A stretch of 64,000 bases of DNA from Verrucomicrobiota bacterium. GTDB taxonomy: Bacteria > Verrucomicrobiota > Verrucomicrobiia > Limisphaerales > UBA11320. The notes beneath the pieces are model-generated. The model was not told where the DNA came from. It was given only the letters and a program-made list of their open reading frames with translations, and searched no databases. Below, one piece after another: positions 44,478-52,232 of this stretch (its first letter is position 1; every line of letters begins with the position of its first letter). The stretch is taken from contig JACQFQ010000011.1 of NCBI GenBank assembly GCA_016199985.1, forward strand, positions 28,168 through 92,167, written 5' to 3'. Position numbers and translations under genes: made by a program.

Positions 44478-44678
44478 ATGATTCAAGAATACGCAGTTGC
44501 TCGCTTAAAACGAGATGCGCCTACGATCCCGTTACAGGTAGGCACTAAAGGGGCGATCCTCATCGTCCATCCTTGTAGCCCGCCAGCTTATGAGGTGGAG
44601 ATTGTTGATGACGCTGGAAAACCACTTGGAACTTACACCGTGGAGGAAGTTTATCTGGAGGAGGTCAAACATGATTAA
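44478..44678 (+). CDS. DUF4926-family small protein
   Basis: The 66-aa sequence MIQEYAVARLKRDAPTIPLQVGTKGAILIVHPCSPPAYEVEIVDDAGKPLGTYTVEEVYLEEV matches the DUF4926 pattern (short SH3-like; 'D.V.L..d.p...l..G..G.iV.v......YeVEF.d..G.t'). Confidence 0.6.
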   Translation: MIQEYAVARLKRDAPTIPLQVGTKGAILIVHPCSPPAYEVEIVDDAGKPLGTYTVEEVYLEEVKHD

Positions 44679-45031
44679 CAGTATCTTGCCGCAAAGACAG
44701 GTCCGCTTGTGCGCGGCAGCACGACACTGGCCCCTTCGGCCAAAACGCGCAGGGCTTTGTGACGCCTATTTCCCTGAAAGTCATGAGGCATACGATCGAA
44801 ATAAATCAGCTCTCACCGAGCTTCAGCGGGCGTCCAGAGCTGCTCTATCTGGCGCTAAACTCGAGTTTAAGCCTATTGAAAACAGACTGGGGTTCGACCC
44901 ATACCCGAGTCTTGGCTATGGAGCAATTGTCAGAGGTCGATAGGTATTCGGTAAGCGGCGAGCGGCGCACGTCTACCGGAGGGCGGGCGTGCAAATAAGA
45001 AGCTTTGTGATTAACAAAAAAAGAACAAGAG

Positions 45032-45547
45032 ATGCTCAGGAAAACTGTCATTGCTGAGAACCTAGCGGTACGCAAAGGGGGAGCAGCTGTACTGGCCTTA
45101 CTGCTATGCGGTTGCGGACCCCGATCCAGTCCGGGTGAACAAAGGGAGCGAGTGCTTCAACAAAGCGCCGAGCTTGATCGGCAGTACCTCGAAGGTGATG
45201 CTCTTCAGGCCAAGCGAAGTCTACAGAGGAATGTAAAACTGGTGGAGGAATCACAAGTGTTGCATCCGAGCGGACAGGCCCTCTTACTTGCTGGCCTTAA
45301 CCTTCGACTCTTTGCACTGGAAAAAAGGCTTGATCATCCCACAGAGGCCCAGGTGTCACTGATCAAGTGGCGGTATTGGCTCGTTCGTTCGCGTGAACTT
45401 GAAGAAACCGACACGCCAATATCGGGTCTGCTAGATCAATTGAATCATGCCACGGATGAACAGCTCATTGAGGATGTTGACAAGTCTGATAAGAACCGTC
45501 ACGGGTTTCCGGCTAGATATGCCCAGACCCTCAGAACAAAGAACTGA
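45032..45547 (+). CDS. Predicted lipoprotein (hypothetical, helical)
   Basis: Signal plus lipobox AAVLALLLCGC. No recognisable domain. It lies in the low-GC islet. Confidence 0.45.
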   Translation: MLRKTVIAENLAVRKGGAAVLALLLCGCGPRSSPGEQRERVLQQSAELDRQYLEGDALQAKRSLQRNVKLVEESQVLHPSGQALLLAGLNLRLFALEKRLDHPTEAQVSLIKWRYWLVRSRELEETDTPISGLLDQLNHATDEQLIEDVDKSDKNRHGFPARYAQTLRTKN

Positions 45548-45561
45548 GATCGAACCTCTAT

Positions 45562-45894
45562 GTGACGATGTGGAAAGCAGTTTTCGCGCTAGCAGTAGTA
45601 GTCGTGATTATTTCGGGAGCCTATCTGATCCACAAGGGCCGGCGAATGGGCTCTGTGTCGTGTGGTAGCAACCTTCGATCCATCGAAGCTGTGAAAGCTC
45701 AGTGGGCCGTGGATGTTCGTGGAGGATCAGGAGCATCCCCCGGTTGGTCGGATTTGGTCGGGCCGGCGAAAAGCATGAAGCAGGTACCCCTCTGCCCAGG
45801 AGGTGGCGTCTATACGATTGGGACGATTGACGAGAATCCACGATGCTCTTTGGGTGGACGAGTTCCTGGGCATGAATTACCTGGGGGACCGTGA
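45562..45894 (+). CDS. Small membrane-anchored protein with pilin-like C-terminal Cys pattern (hypothetical)
   Basis: N-terminal TM AVFALAVVVVIISGAYLI. It continues C..NLRSIEAVKAQWA...W.DLVG...K.VPLCPGGGVYTIG...PRCS, reminiscent of the body of PVC pseudopilin-like proteins, but the G-FTLIE prepilin motif is absent. Confidence 0.45.
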   Translation: MTMWKAVFALAVVVVIISGAYLIHKGRRMGSVSCGSNLRSIEAVKAQWAVDVRGGSGASPGWSDLVGPAKSMKQVPLCPGGGVYTIGTIDENPRCSLGGRVPGHELPGGP

Positions 45895-46063
45895 TTTGTT
45901 GTTGCGCTTTCTTTGACGGGCTGGAAAGGAATGATAGTCGTTGTCCAAATGATGGATGAATACAATCAGATACCGGCTACTGATCAACGGACCAAATGCA
46001 AGCCCGCCCTGTGACTGCGTGCCGCATCGGATGTCCAGTCCCACAAAAGCCTGCTGGAGCATA

Positions 46064-46319
46064 ATGGACTCTTCCTACACCGCTATTCGAAATTACGAGG
46101 CGCTTGTTAAGTTCTTGGGCAAATGGCCTTCGTTCGACGATTTTGAGGTCGGTTCAATGCTCCTCAAGCGAAGCGGAGGCGAGTTGGCCGGTGTCCGTCG
46201 GGCACGTCCAAGCATGCCTCGATACCCGCTACCACAGGGAGCAGGAGAGCATCAATCTTCACGCGTTGCTCAGCAGTAGCCCCGTCGATTGGTTAGACCC
46301 GTTCGGACTAGCGCATTAG
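46064..46319 (+). pseudogene. Imm50-like immunity protein gene, apparently frameshifted
   Basis: MDSSYTAIRNYEALVKFLGKWPSFDDFEVGSMLLKRS matches my recollection of the Imm50 'G.WPSFHDAEI' N-terminal motif. Plausible continuation switches to the +1 frame near 46170 (..WPVSVGHVQACLDTRYHREQESINLHALL) and ends at 46319. Confidence 0.3.
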
Positions 46320-46828
46320 TGATTGGAGGGTGTCAGCACGCGTTGGAGGTAGGCCACGTCGAGCCATCGGTCGAATTTGTATCCCACGGCGGGGAAGCGT
46401 CCTACTTCGCGGAAACCAAACTTCTCGTGGAGCCGCACGCTCACGGCGTTGGACGCGTCGATCGCCGCGATGATGGATCGCAATCCCTGCTCGGTCGCGG
46501 ATTGAATGAGCGGCGCGAGCAGCAATCCGCCAAGTCCCTTGCCGCGGTGCGCCTCCGCAACGTAGATCGAGTTCTCCACGGTGAACCGAAATCCGGGCCG
46601 GCGATGGTACGGGCTCAGCGAACTCCAGCCGAGAAGGGTTCCGTCCCGCTCCGCCACAAAGACGGGCAGCCCCAGCGCTCGATGCTCCTCGAACCAGGCG
46701 ACGCGGCGTTCGAGGTTTTCCGGCTCGTAGTCGTAGGTGGCCGTGGTGTGAAGGACGGCGTGATTGTAGATGGCGGAAATCGCGGGCAGATCGCTCTCTG
46801 CCGCGCGACGGATGGTCGGTGCCGACAT
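46316..46828 (-). CDS. GNAT N-acetyltransferase, phosphinothricin acetyltransferase (PAT/bar-like) family
   Basis: IRRAAESDLPAISAIYNHAVLHTTATYDYEP...RRVAWFEEH...VFVAE.DG.LLGW.SL.PY..RPG(F)RFTVENSIYV...HRGKGLG..LL. An alternative upstream ATG lies at 46891. Confidence 0.85.
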   Translation of the reverse strand: MSAPTIRRAAESDLPAISAIYNHAVLHTTATYDYEPENLERRVAWFEEHRALGLPVFVAERDGTLLGWSSLSPYHRRPGFRFTVENSIYVAEAHRGKGLGGLLLAPLIQSATEQGLRSIIAAIDASNAVSVRLHEKFGFREVGRFPAVGYKFDRWLDVAYLQRVLTPSNH

Positions 46829-46936
46829 GCCCGCATCATTGCGTTCGGGTCGCGCGCGGTCGACCGGAAACTTTTTGTTGCGCCTCGCCATCCGCGTGCT
46901 TCACTCGGGCTCGAACACCAAACCCCTGAATCCGCC

Positions 46937-48463
46937 ATGAAAGTGAAACTGCCTTCCTCCCGTCGCGCCCGCCCCGCTTCCTCCTCCCGTTCTTCCACGC
47001 CGCGCGGGACCGGCAAGACTCGAAAGATGTTGATCAATGGTTCGTGGGTTCCCGCGGCTTCGGGCGAAACCTTTCCCACCTACAACCCCGCGACCGGCCA
47101 GGCGATCTGCCAGGTGGCGTCGGGCGGCAGGGCGGACATCCACGCGGCTGTGCGCGCCGCGCGCGAGGCTTTCGAGAATGGCCCCTGGCGGCGAATGACC
47201 CCGTCGGAGCGCGGCAAGTGTCTCTGGCGATTGGCGGACCTTCTCGAGAAGCACGCCGACGAGTTCGCGGCCCTCGAGTCCCTCGACAACGGCAAGCCCC
47301 AGTCCGTCGCGCGCGTCGCCGACGTGCCGCTGGCCGTCGACCTGTTTCGCTACATGGCGGGCTGGGCGACCAAGATCCTAGGCCACACCATTCCCCTCTC
47401 CGTCCCTTACGCCCCCGGCGCGCGGTTTCACGCCTACACGCTTCGCGAGCCGATCGGCGTGGTCGGCCAGATCATCCCTTGGAATTTCCCGTTGCTGATG
47501 GCCGCCTGGAAACTGGGCCCCGCTTTGGCGGCCGGCTGCGCCGTCGTGCTGAAGCCCGCCGAGCAAACGCCGCTCACCGCGATCCGTCTCGGCGAGCTGA
47601 TTCAGGAGGCGGGCATCCCCGACGGGGTGGTCAACATTGTCACCGGATTCGGGGAGACCGCGGGCGCGGCGCTCGCCTCGCATCCAGGGATCGACAAGAT
47701 CGCGTTCACCGGATCCACCGAAGTGGGCAAGATCATCGTCCGCGCCGCCGCCAACGACCTGAAGAAGGTGTCGCTGGAGCTGGGCGGCAAGTCGCCGAAC
47801 ATCATCTGCGACGACGCGGATCTCGAGACCGCGATCCCAGGGGCCGCGAACGCCATTTTCTTCAACCACGGTCAGTGCTGCTGCGCCGGCTCGCGCCTGT
47901 ATGTTCAAAAGAGGCACTTCGACAAGGTGGTGGAAGGCGTCGCCGCCGCGGCGAAGAAGATCAAGGTCGGACCCGGCCACGCCGCCGACACCGAGATGGG
48001 CCCGCTTGTTTCCGAGGAGCAACTGAGCCGCGTGCTCGGATTCCTCCGCTCCGGCCAGGTCGAAGGGGCCGAAACGGTCGTGGGCGGATCGCGGCACGGT
48101 GACAGCGGCTATTTCGTGAAGCCCACCGTTCTCACCAACACCAAGCCGGGCATGAAAGTGATGGACGAGGAGATCTTCGGCCCCGTGGTCTGCGCCATTC
48201 CATTCAAGGACATCAACGACGTGCTTCCGGTGGAGAAGGCCAACTCCTACGGGCTCGCCGCCGCCGTCTGGACCCGCGATGTGGGACGCGCGCATCGGAT
48301 CGCCGCGGAGCTGCGAGCGGGAACCGTTTGGGTGAACTGCTACAACATCTTTGACGCGGCCCTTCCCTTTGGCGGATACAAGCAATCCGGCTGGGGACGC
48401 GAGATGGGCCAGGAAGCCTTGGAGCTTTACACCGAGACCAAAGCGGTCTGCGTCAACATTTGA
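46937..48463 (+). CDS. NAD(P)+-dependent aldehyde dehydrogenase
   Basis: MLINGSWV...TFPTYNPATG. Other motifs are FPLLMAAWKLGPALAAGC, FTGSTEVGK, ELGGKSP, the catalytic NHGQCCCAGSRLYV, and EEIFGPV. An alternative start is ATG 47027. The ORF's 5' extension back to 46289 is non-coding shadow. Confidence 0.9.
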   Translation: MKVKLPSSRRARPASSSRSSTPRGTGKTRKMLINGSWVPAASGETFPTYNPATGQAICQVASGGRADIHAAVRAAREAFENGPWRRMTPSERGKCLWRLADLLEKHADEFAALESLDNGKPQSVARVADVPLAVDLFRYMAGWATKILGHTIPLSVPYAPGARFHAYTLREPIGVVGQIIPWNFPLLMAAWKLGPALAAGCAVVLKPAEQTPLTAIRLGELIQEAGIPDGVVNIVTGFGETAGAALASHPGIDKIAFTGSTEVGKIIVRAAANDLKKVSLELGGKSPNIICDDADLETAIPGAANAIFFNHGQCCCAGSRLYVQKRHFDKVVEGVAAAAKKIKVGPGHAADTEMGPLVSEEQLSRVLGFLRSGQVEGAETVVGGSRHGDSGYFVKPTVLTNTKPGMKVMDEEIFGPVVCAIPFKDINDVLPVEKANSYGLAAAVWTRDVGRAHRIAAELRAGTVWVNCYNIFDAALPFGGYKQSGWGREMGQEALELYTETKAVCVNI

Positions 48464-48566
48464 ACCCACAACCACCGGGCGGGTCCGCCGGATCGGGATG
48501 AAACGTTTGCCCTGAAGATCCCGTGAATCCGCCCGCCTTCATCCTCGTCAACCCTCGCGCATCTCC

Positions 48567-50819
48567 ATGAATACCGATCCACTCCGCTCGCATCGATTCT
48601 TCACCGCCGTCGCCTCCTCCGTGTCCCGCGCTCTGTCGTCCGCCCTGGTCGGCTGCGCCCTGGGGCTCTTGCTGTGCGCGGGGGAGGGATCTTCCCTGGC
48701 GTTGCCCCGGGTGTTGCCCAACGACCAGCGTCCAACCGATCACCGGCTTGCCCCGCCCAAGGACCTCGATGGCTACTTCCCTTTCACGCCGCCCGAGTCC
48801 GTGTCCGCCTGGGAGCAGCGATCCCAACAAGTGCGGCGACAGATTCTCGTCTCACTCGGGCTTTGGCCGATGCCGACGCGAAGCCCGATGAATCCGGTGA
48901 TTCATGGCCGGATCGATCGCGAAGACTACACCGTCGAGCGCGTGTATTTCGAAAGCATGCCGGGATTCTTCGTGACCGGAAACCTGTATCGACCCAAGGG
49001 GCGCGCCGGCAAGCTGCCCGGCGTGCTGTGTCCGCATGGCCACTGGCAGGACGGGCGGTTCTACGACAACAAGAACGTGCGCCAGGAGATCGAGCGCGGA
49101 GCGGAGCGATTTGAGGAGGGGGGACGCAGCGTTCTGCAGGCGCGTTGCGTGCAGTTGGCGCGCATGGGCTGCGTGGTGTTCCATTATGACATGCTGGGCA
49201 ACGCCGACAGCCAGCAGCTATCGCTCGAAATCGTCCACGGATTCTCAAAGCAGCGTCCGGAGATGATCGGGGCGAAGAATTGGGGCTTGTACAGCCCGCA
49301 GGCCGAGTCGCAGGCGCAAAACATCATGGGCCTGCAAACCTACAACTCGATTCGCTCGCTCGACTTCCTGCTTGGGTTGGAGGACGTCGATGCGTCCCGC
49401 ATCGGGGTCACGGGCGCCAGCGGAGGCGGCACCCAAACGTTCATGCTTTGCGCTGTCGATCCCCGTCCCACGGTCGCCTTTCCGGCCGTGATGGTGTGCA
49501 CCGCGATGCAGGGAGGTTGCACCTGCGAGAACGCCTCGGGGCTGCGCATCGACACCGGGAACGTGGAGTTTGCGGGTTTGTTCGCTCCGAAGCCTCTCGG
49601 AATGACCGGCGCCGACGACTGGACCAAGGAGATGTCCACGAAGGGCTATCCGGAGCTGCGGCAGCTCTACACCACGCTCGGGCATCCGGAGAATGTTCAC
49701 TTTCGCGCGCTCAATCAGTTCGGCCACAATTACAATTCCCCCAGTCGCGAGGTGATGTACGCCTGGATGAACAAACATCTCAAGCTCGGCGCCGCCGAGC
49801 CTGTGGTGGAGCGCGATTATCGACGGCTGAGCACCGCGGAGATGACGGTTTGGGACAAGGGGCATCCGGCGCCCGAGGGCGGGGCGGCTTTCGAGCGTCG
49901 GCTTCTGCGCTGGTGGCATGAGGACGCGCAACAGCAGATGACCTCCGCGCAGGTCAGCCTGCCCCGATATCAGGAGGTCTACGGCGACGCGATCCGGGCG
50001 ATCGTGGGTCGCGGCCTGCCCGAGGCGGGCGAGGTGACGTACGACCAGACTGTGAAGCAGGAGACCGACAAGTATTGGGTGATGGGCGGGGTGCTGGAGG
50101 AAAAGAAGCGACGCGAACAAACACCCGTTTTGTTCTTCCATCCCAAGCAGTGGAACGGACGCGTGATCGTCTGGGCTCACGCGCAGGGGAAGGCCGGTGT
50201 TTGCGACGCGAGCGACGCGAACGCGTTTCGTCCGAACGCCGAAGTCGAGCGGCTGCTTGGGGAGGGAACGGCCGTCGCCGCCATGGACGTTGTGCACCAG
50301 GGCGAGTTTCTCGAGGACCCGAGCAAGCCTCTGGCCCAGACGCCGCGCGTGCGGAACAACCGGGAGTCCGCGGCTTACACGCTGGGATACAATCCTTCCG
50401 TCTTTGCGCAACGGGTTCATGACATTCTTCGCGTGGTCTCGTTTGTCCGTCACCACGAGCGGCAGCCCAAATCGGTCGCGCTTATCGGACTGGCGGGCGC
50501 GGGACATTGGGCGGCTGCGGCGCGCGCGGTGGCCGGAACCGCCGTCTCGCACGCGATCATCGACACTCGCGGTTTTCGCTTCATCGACGTCGGCGACATC
50601 CGTCATCCCGACCTCTTGCCCGGAGGCGCCAAGTACGGCGATCTTCCCGGGATGCTCGCCTTGAGCGCTCCGGGAAAGCTCTGGCTTGCCGGCGAGAATG
50701 ATTCCGGGAAGGCGTTCGTGACGAAGATCTACAAGGCGGCCTCGGCGTCGGAGCGGTTGAAGATCGAGGACGCCTTGGACTTGTCGAAGGCGCTTGCGTG
50801 GTTGGGAAGCCAGGACTAG
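48567..50819 (+). CDS. Secreted alpha/beta-hydrolase (acetyl-xylan-esterase/dienelactone-hydrolase-like) family protein
   Basis: Signal peptide. Nucleophile elbow IGVTGASGGGTQTF. The C-terminal half looks like a second hydrolase-like domain (LIGLAGAGHWAA). Confidence 0.7.
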   Translation: MNTDPLRSHRFFTAVASSVSRALSSALVGCALGLLLCAGEGSSLALPRVLPNDQRPTDHRLAPPKDLDGYFPFTPPESVSAWEQRSQQVRRQILVSLGLWPMPTRSPMNPVIHGRIDREDYTVERVYFESMPGFFVTGNLYRPKGRAGKLPGVLCPHGHWQDGRFYDNKNVRQEIERGAERFEEGGRSVLQARCVQLARMGCVVFHYDMLGNADSQQLSLEIVHGFSKQRPEMIGAKNWGLYSPQAESQAQNIMGLQTYNSIRSLDFLLGLEDVDASRIGVTGASGGGTQTFMLCAVDPRPTVAFPAVMVCTAMQGGCTCENASGLRIDTGNVEFAGLFAPKPLGMTGADDWTKEMSTKGYPELRQLYTTLGHPENVHFRALNQFGHNYNSPSREVMYAWMNKHLKLGAAEPVVERDYRRLSTAEMTVWDKGHPAPEGGAAFERRLLRWWHEDAQQQMTSAQVSLPRYQEVYGDAIRAIVGRGLPEAGEVTYDQTVKQETDKYWVMGGVLEEKKRREQTPVLFFHPKQWNGRVIVWAHAQGKAGVCDASDANAFRPNAEVERLLGEGTAVAAMDVVHQGEFLEDPSKPLAQTPRVRNNRESAAYTLGYNPSVFAQRVHDILRVVSFVRHHERQPKSVALIGLAGAGHWAAAARAVAGTAVSHAIIDTRGFRFIDVGDIRHPDLLPGGAKYGDLPGMLALSAPGKLWLAGENDSGKAFVTKIYKAASASERLKIEDALDLSKALAWLGSQD

Positions 50820-50941
50820 GGACCGCGTTGTGGGCGGCGTTCCTCGCGGTTCCAGCGTTCCAGGCCGATTCTCCATGAGGCGAGCGTCCCTTTGAGCTTC
50901 TTCCTTCCCGTGTTCGCGGCGTTTCTATTCAATGGCGCGCG

Positions 50942-52144
50942 ATGAAGCTGCCGCACGGTCTCCATCTCGCGTATTGCACGAACATCCATCGAGGTGAGTC
51001 GTGGGCCGAGACGCTCGACAATCTCCAGCGCCACACTCTGGCCGTCCGGGAGCGCGTGGCCCCGGACGAGCCCTACGCCATCGGGCTCCGTCTCGGCGTC
51101 CTGGCCGCGAAGGAGCTCTCCGATCCCTCCGCGCTCCTCGCCTTTCAACGGTGGCTCGAGAGGCATCAGTGCTACGTTTTCACGTTCAATGGATTTCCGT
51201 ACGGAAAATTCCACGGCGCGCGCGTCAAGGAGCAGGTGTACGCCCCGGATTGGACCGCGCCAGAGCGATTGGAATACACCTGCCTTCTCTTCGACATTCT
51301 TTCCCAGCTCGTGCCCTTGGGTGTCGAGGGCAGCGTCAGCACCGTTCCGGTGTCCTTCAAGGAGTTCATGAAGGAGGCGCGGCAGGAGGCTGTGGCCCGG
51401 GGCCATTTGTGGGCGTGCGTGGAGCGCCTGGAGAAGCTGACGCGGCGGACCGGCAAAACCTTGCATCTCGGGTTGGAGCCGGAGCCGCTCTGCCATCTGG
51501 AGACCACGCCCGAGACGGTGGCGTTCTTCGATCGGATGCGCGCCGACCGTCCCGGCGACCTGCGCCTTGCCGAGCATCTCGGCGTCAACTACGACTGCTG
51601 TCATCTCGCCGTGGAGTTCGAGACCGCTTCGGTGTCGCTGTCCAAGCTGCGCGAGTGCGGGATTCGCCTGAGCAAGGTCCACTTGAGCTCCGCCCTTCGG
51701 CTTCATCCCGATCCTCAAGCGCGTCATGCCCTGCACGCCTTCGCCGAGGACACCTATTTTCATCAGGTGGTGGCTCGGGACGATCATGGAAAGATCACGC
51801 GATTCAGGGATCTCCCGGATGCGTTGGCTTTGCACAACCATCTGCCGCCGTCGTTGAGCGAGGAGTGGCGGATTCATTTTCATGTGCCTTTGCACGCGAC
51901 TCCCGCGTCTCCGCTGCTCACCACGTCAGAGCATGTGACGCAGACGCTCGACTGGTTGAAGGCGAACACAGGGGCCTGCAGCCATCTCGAAATGGAAACC
52001 TATACGTGGGAGGTCATGCCGGGAGAGATGAAGAATCGGAGCGTGGTGGACCAGCTGGTCGGGGAATATCAGTGGTGTCTCCACGAGCTCGCCCGCCGGG
52101 GTCTTGCCGCGCCTCGTTTTCTTCGGAGCGAGACGTCGCGCTGA
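50942..52144 (+). CDS. eboE: EboE-like xylose-isomerase-type TIM-barrel protein
   Basis: LAYCTNIHRGESW..., FNGFPYGKFHGARVKEQVYAPDWT..R..YT and E.YTW match my recollection of 'metabolite traffic protein EboE'. No other ebo genes are adjacent. Confidence 0.55.
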   Translation: MKLPHGLHLAYCTNIHRGESWAETLDNLQRHTLAVRERVAPDEPYAIGLRLGVLAAKELSDPSALLAFQRWLERHQCYVFTFNGFPYGKFHGARVKEQVYAPDWTAPERLEYTCLLFDILSQLVPLGVEGSVSTVPVSFKEFMKEARQEAVARGHLWACVERLEKLTRRTGKTLHLGLEPEPLCHLETTPETVAFFDRMRADRPGDLRLAEHLGVNYDCCHLAVEFETASVSLSKLRECGIRLSKVHLSSALRLHPDPQARHALHAFAEDTYFHQVVARDDHGKITRFRDLPDALALHNHLPPSLSEEWRIHFHVPLHATPASPLLTTSEHVTQTLDWLKANTGACSHLEMETYTWEVMPGEMKNRSVVDQLVGEYQWCLHELARRGLAAPRFLRSETSR

Positions 52145-52232
52145 GGAGCGGGGCAGGTTCGCCCAGAGGACGGCGGCTGTGTTCGGGCTCTCCCGCGTCG
52201 TTTCCCGCCCTGCCTGGACTGGGATCCTTCGA

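Noticed and set aside
46289-46936. 5' extension of the aldehyde dehydrogenase ORF (724 aa as listed), overlapping the GNAT gene on the opposite strand.
   Set aside because: ALDH homology begins near MLINGSWV (47027). The upstream 216 codons are antisense to a well-supported GNAT gene and have no ALDH-like sequence. The start is placed at ATG 46937 or 47027.
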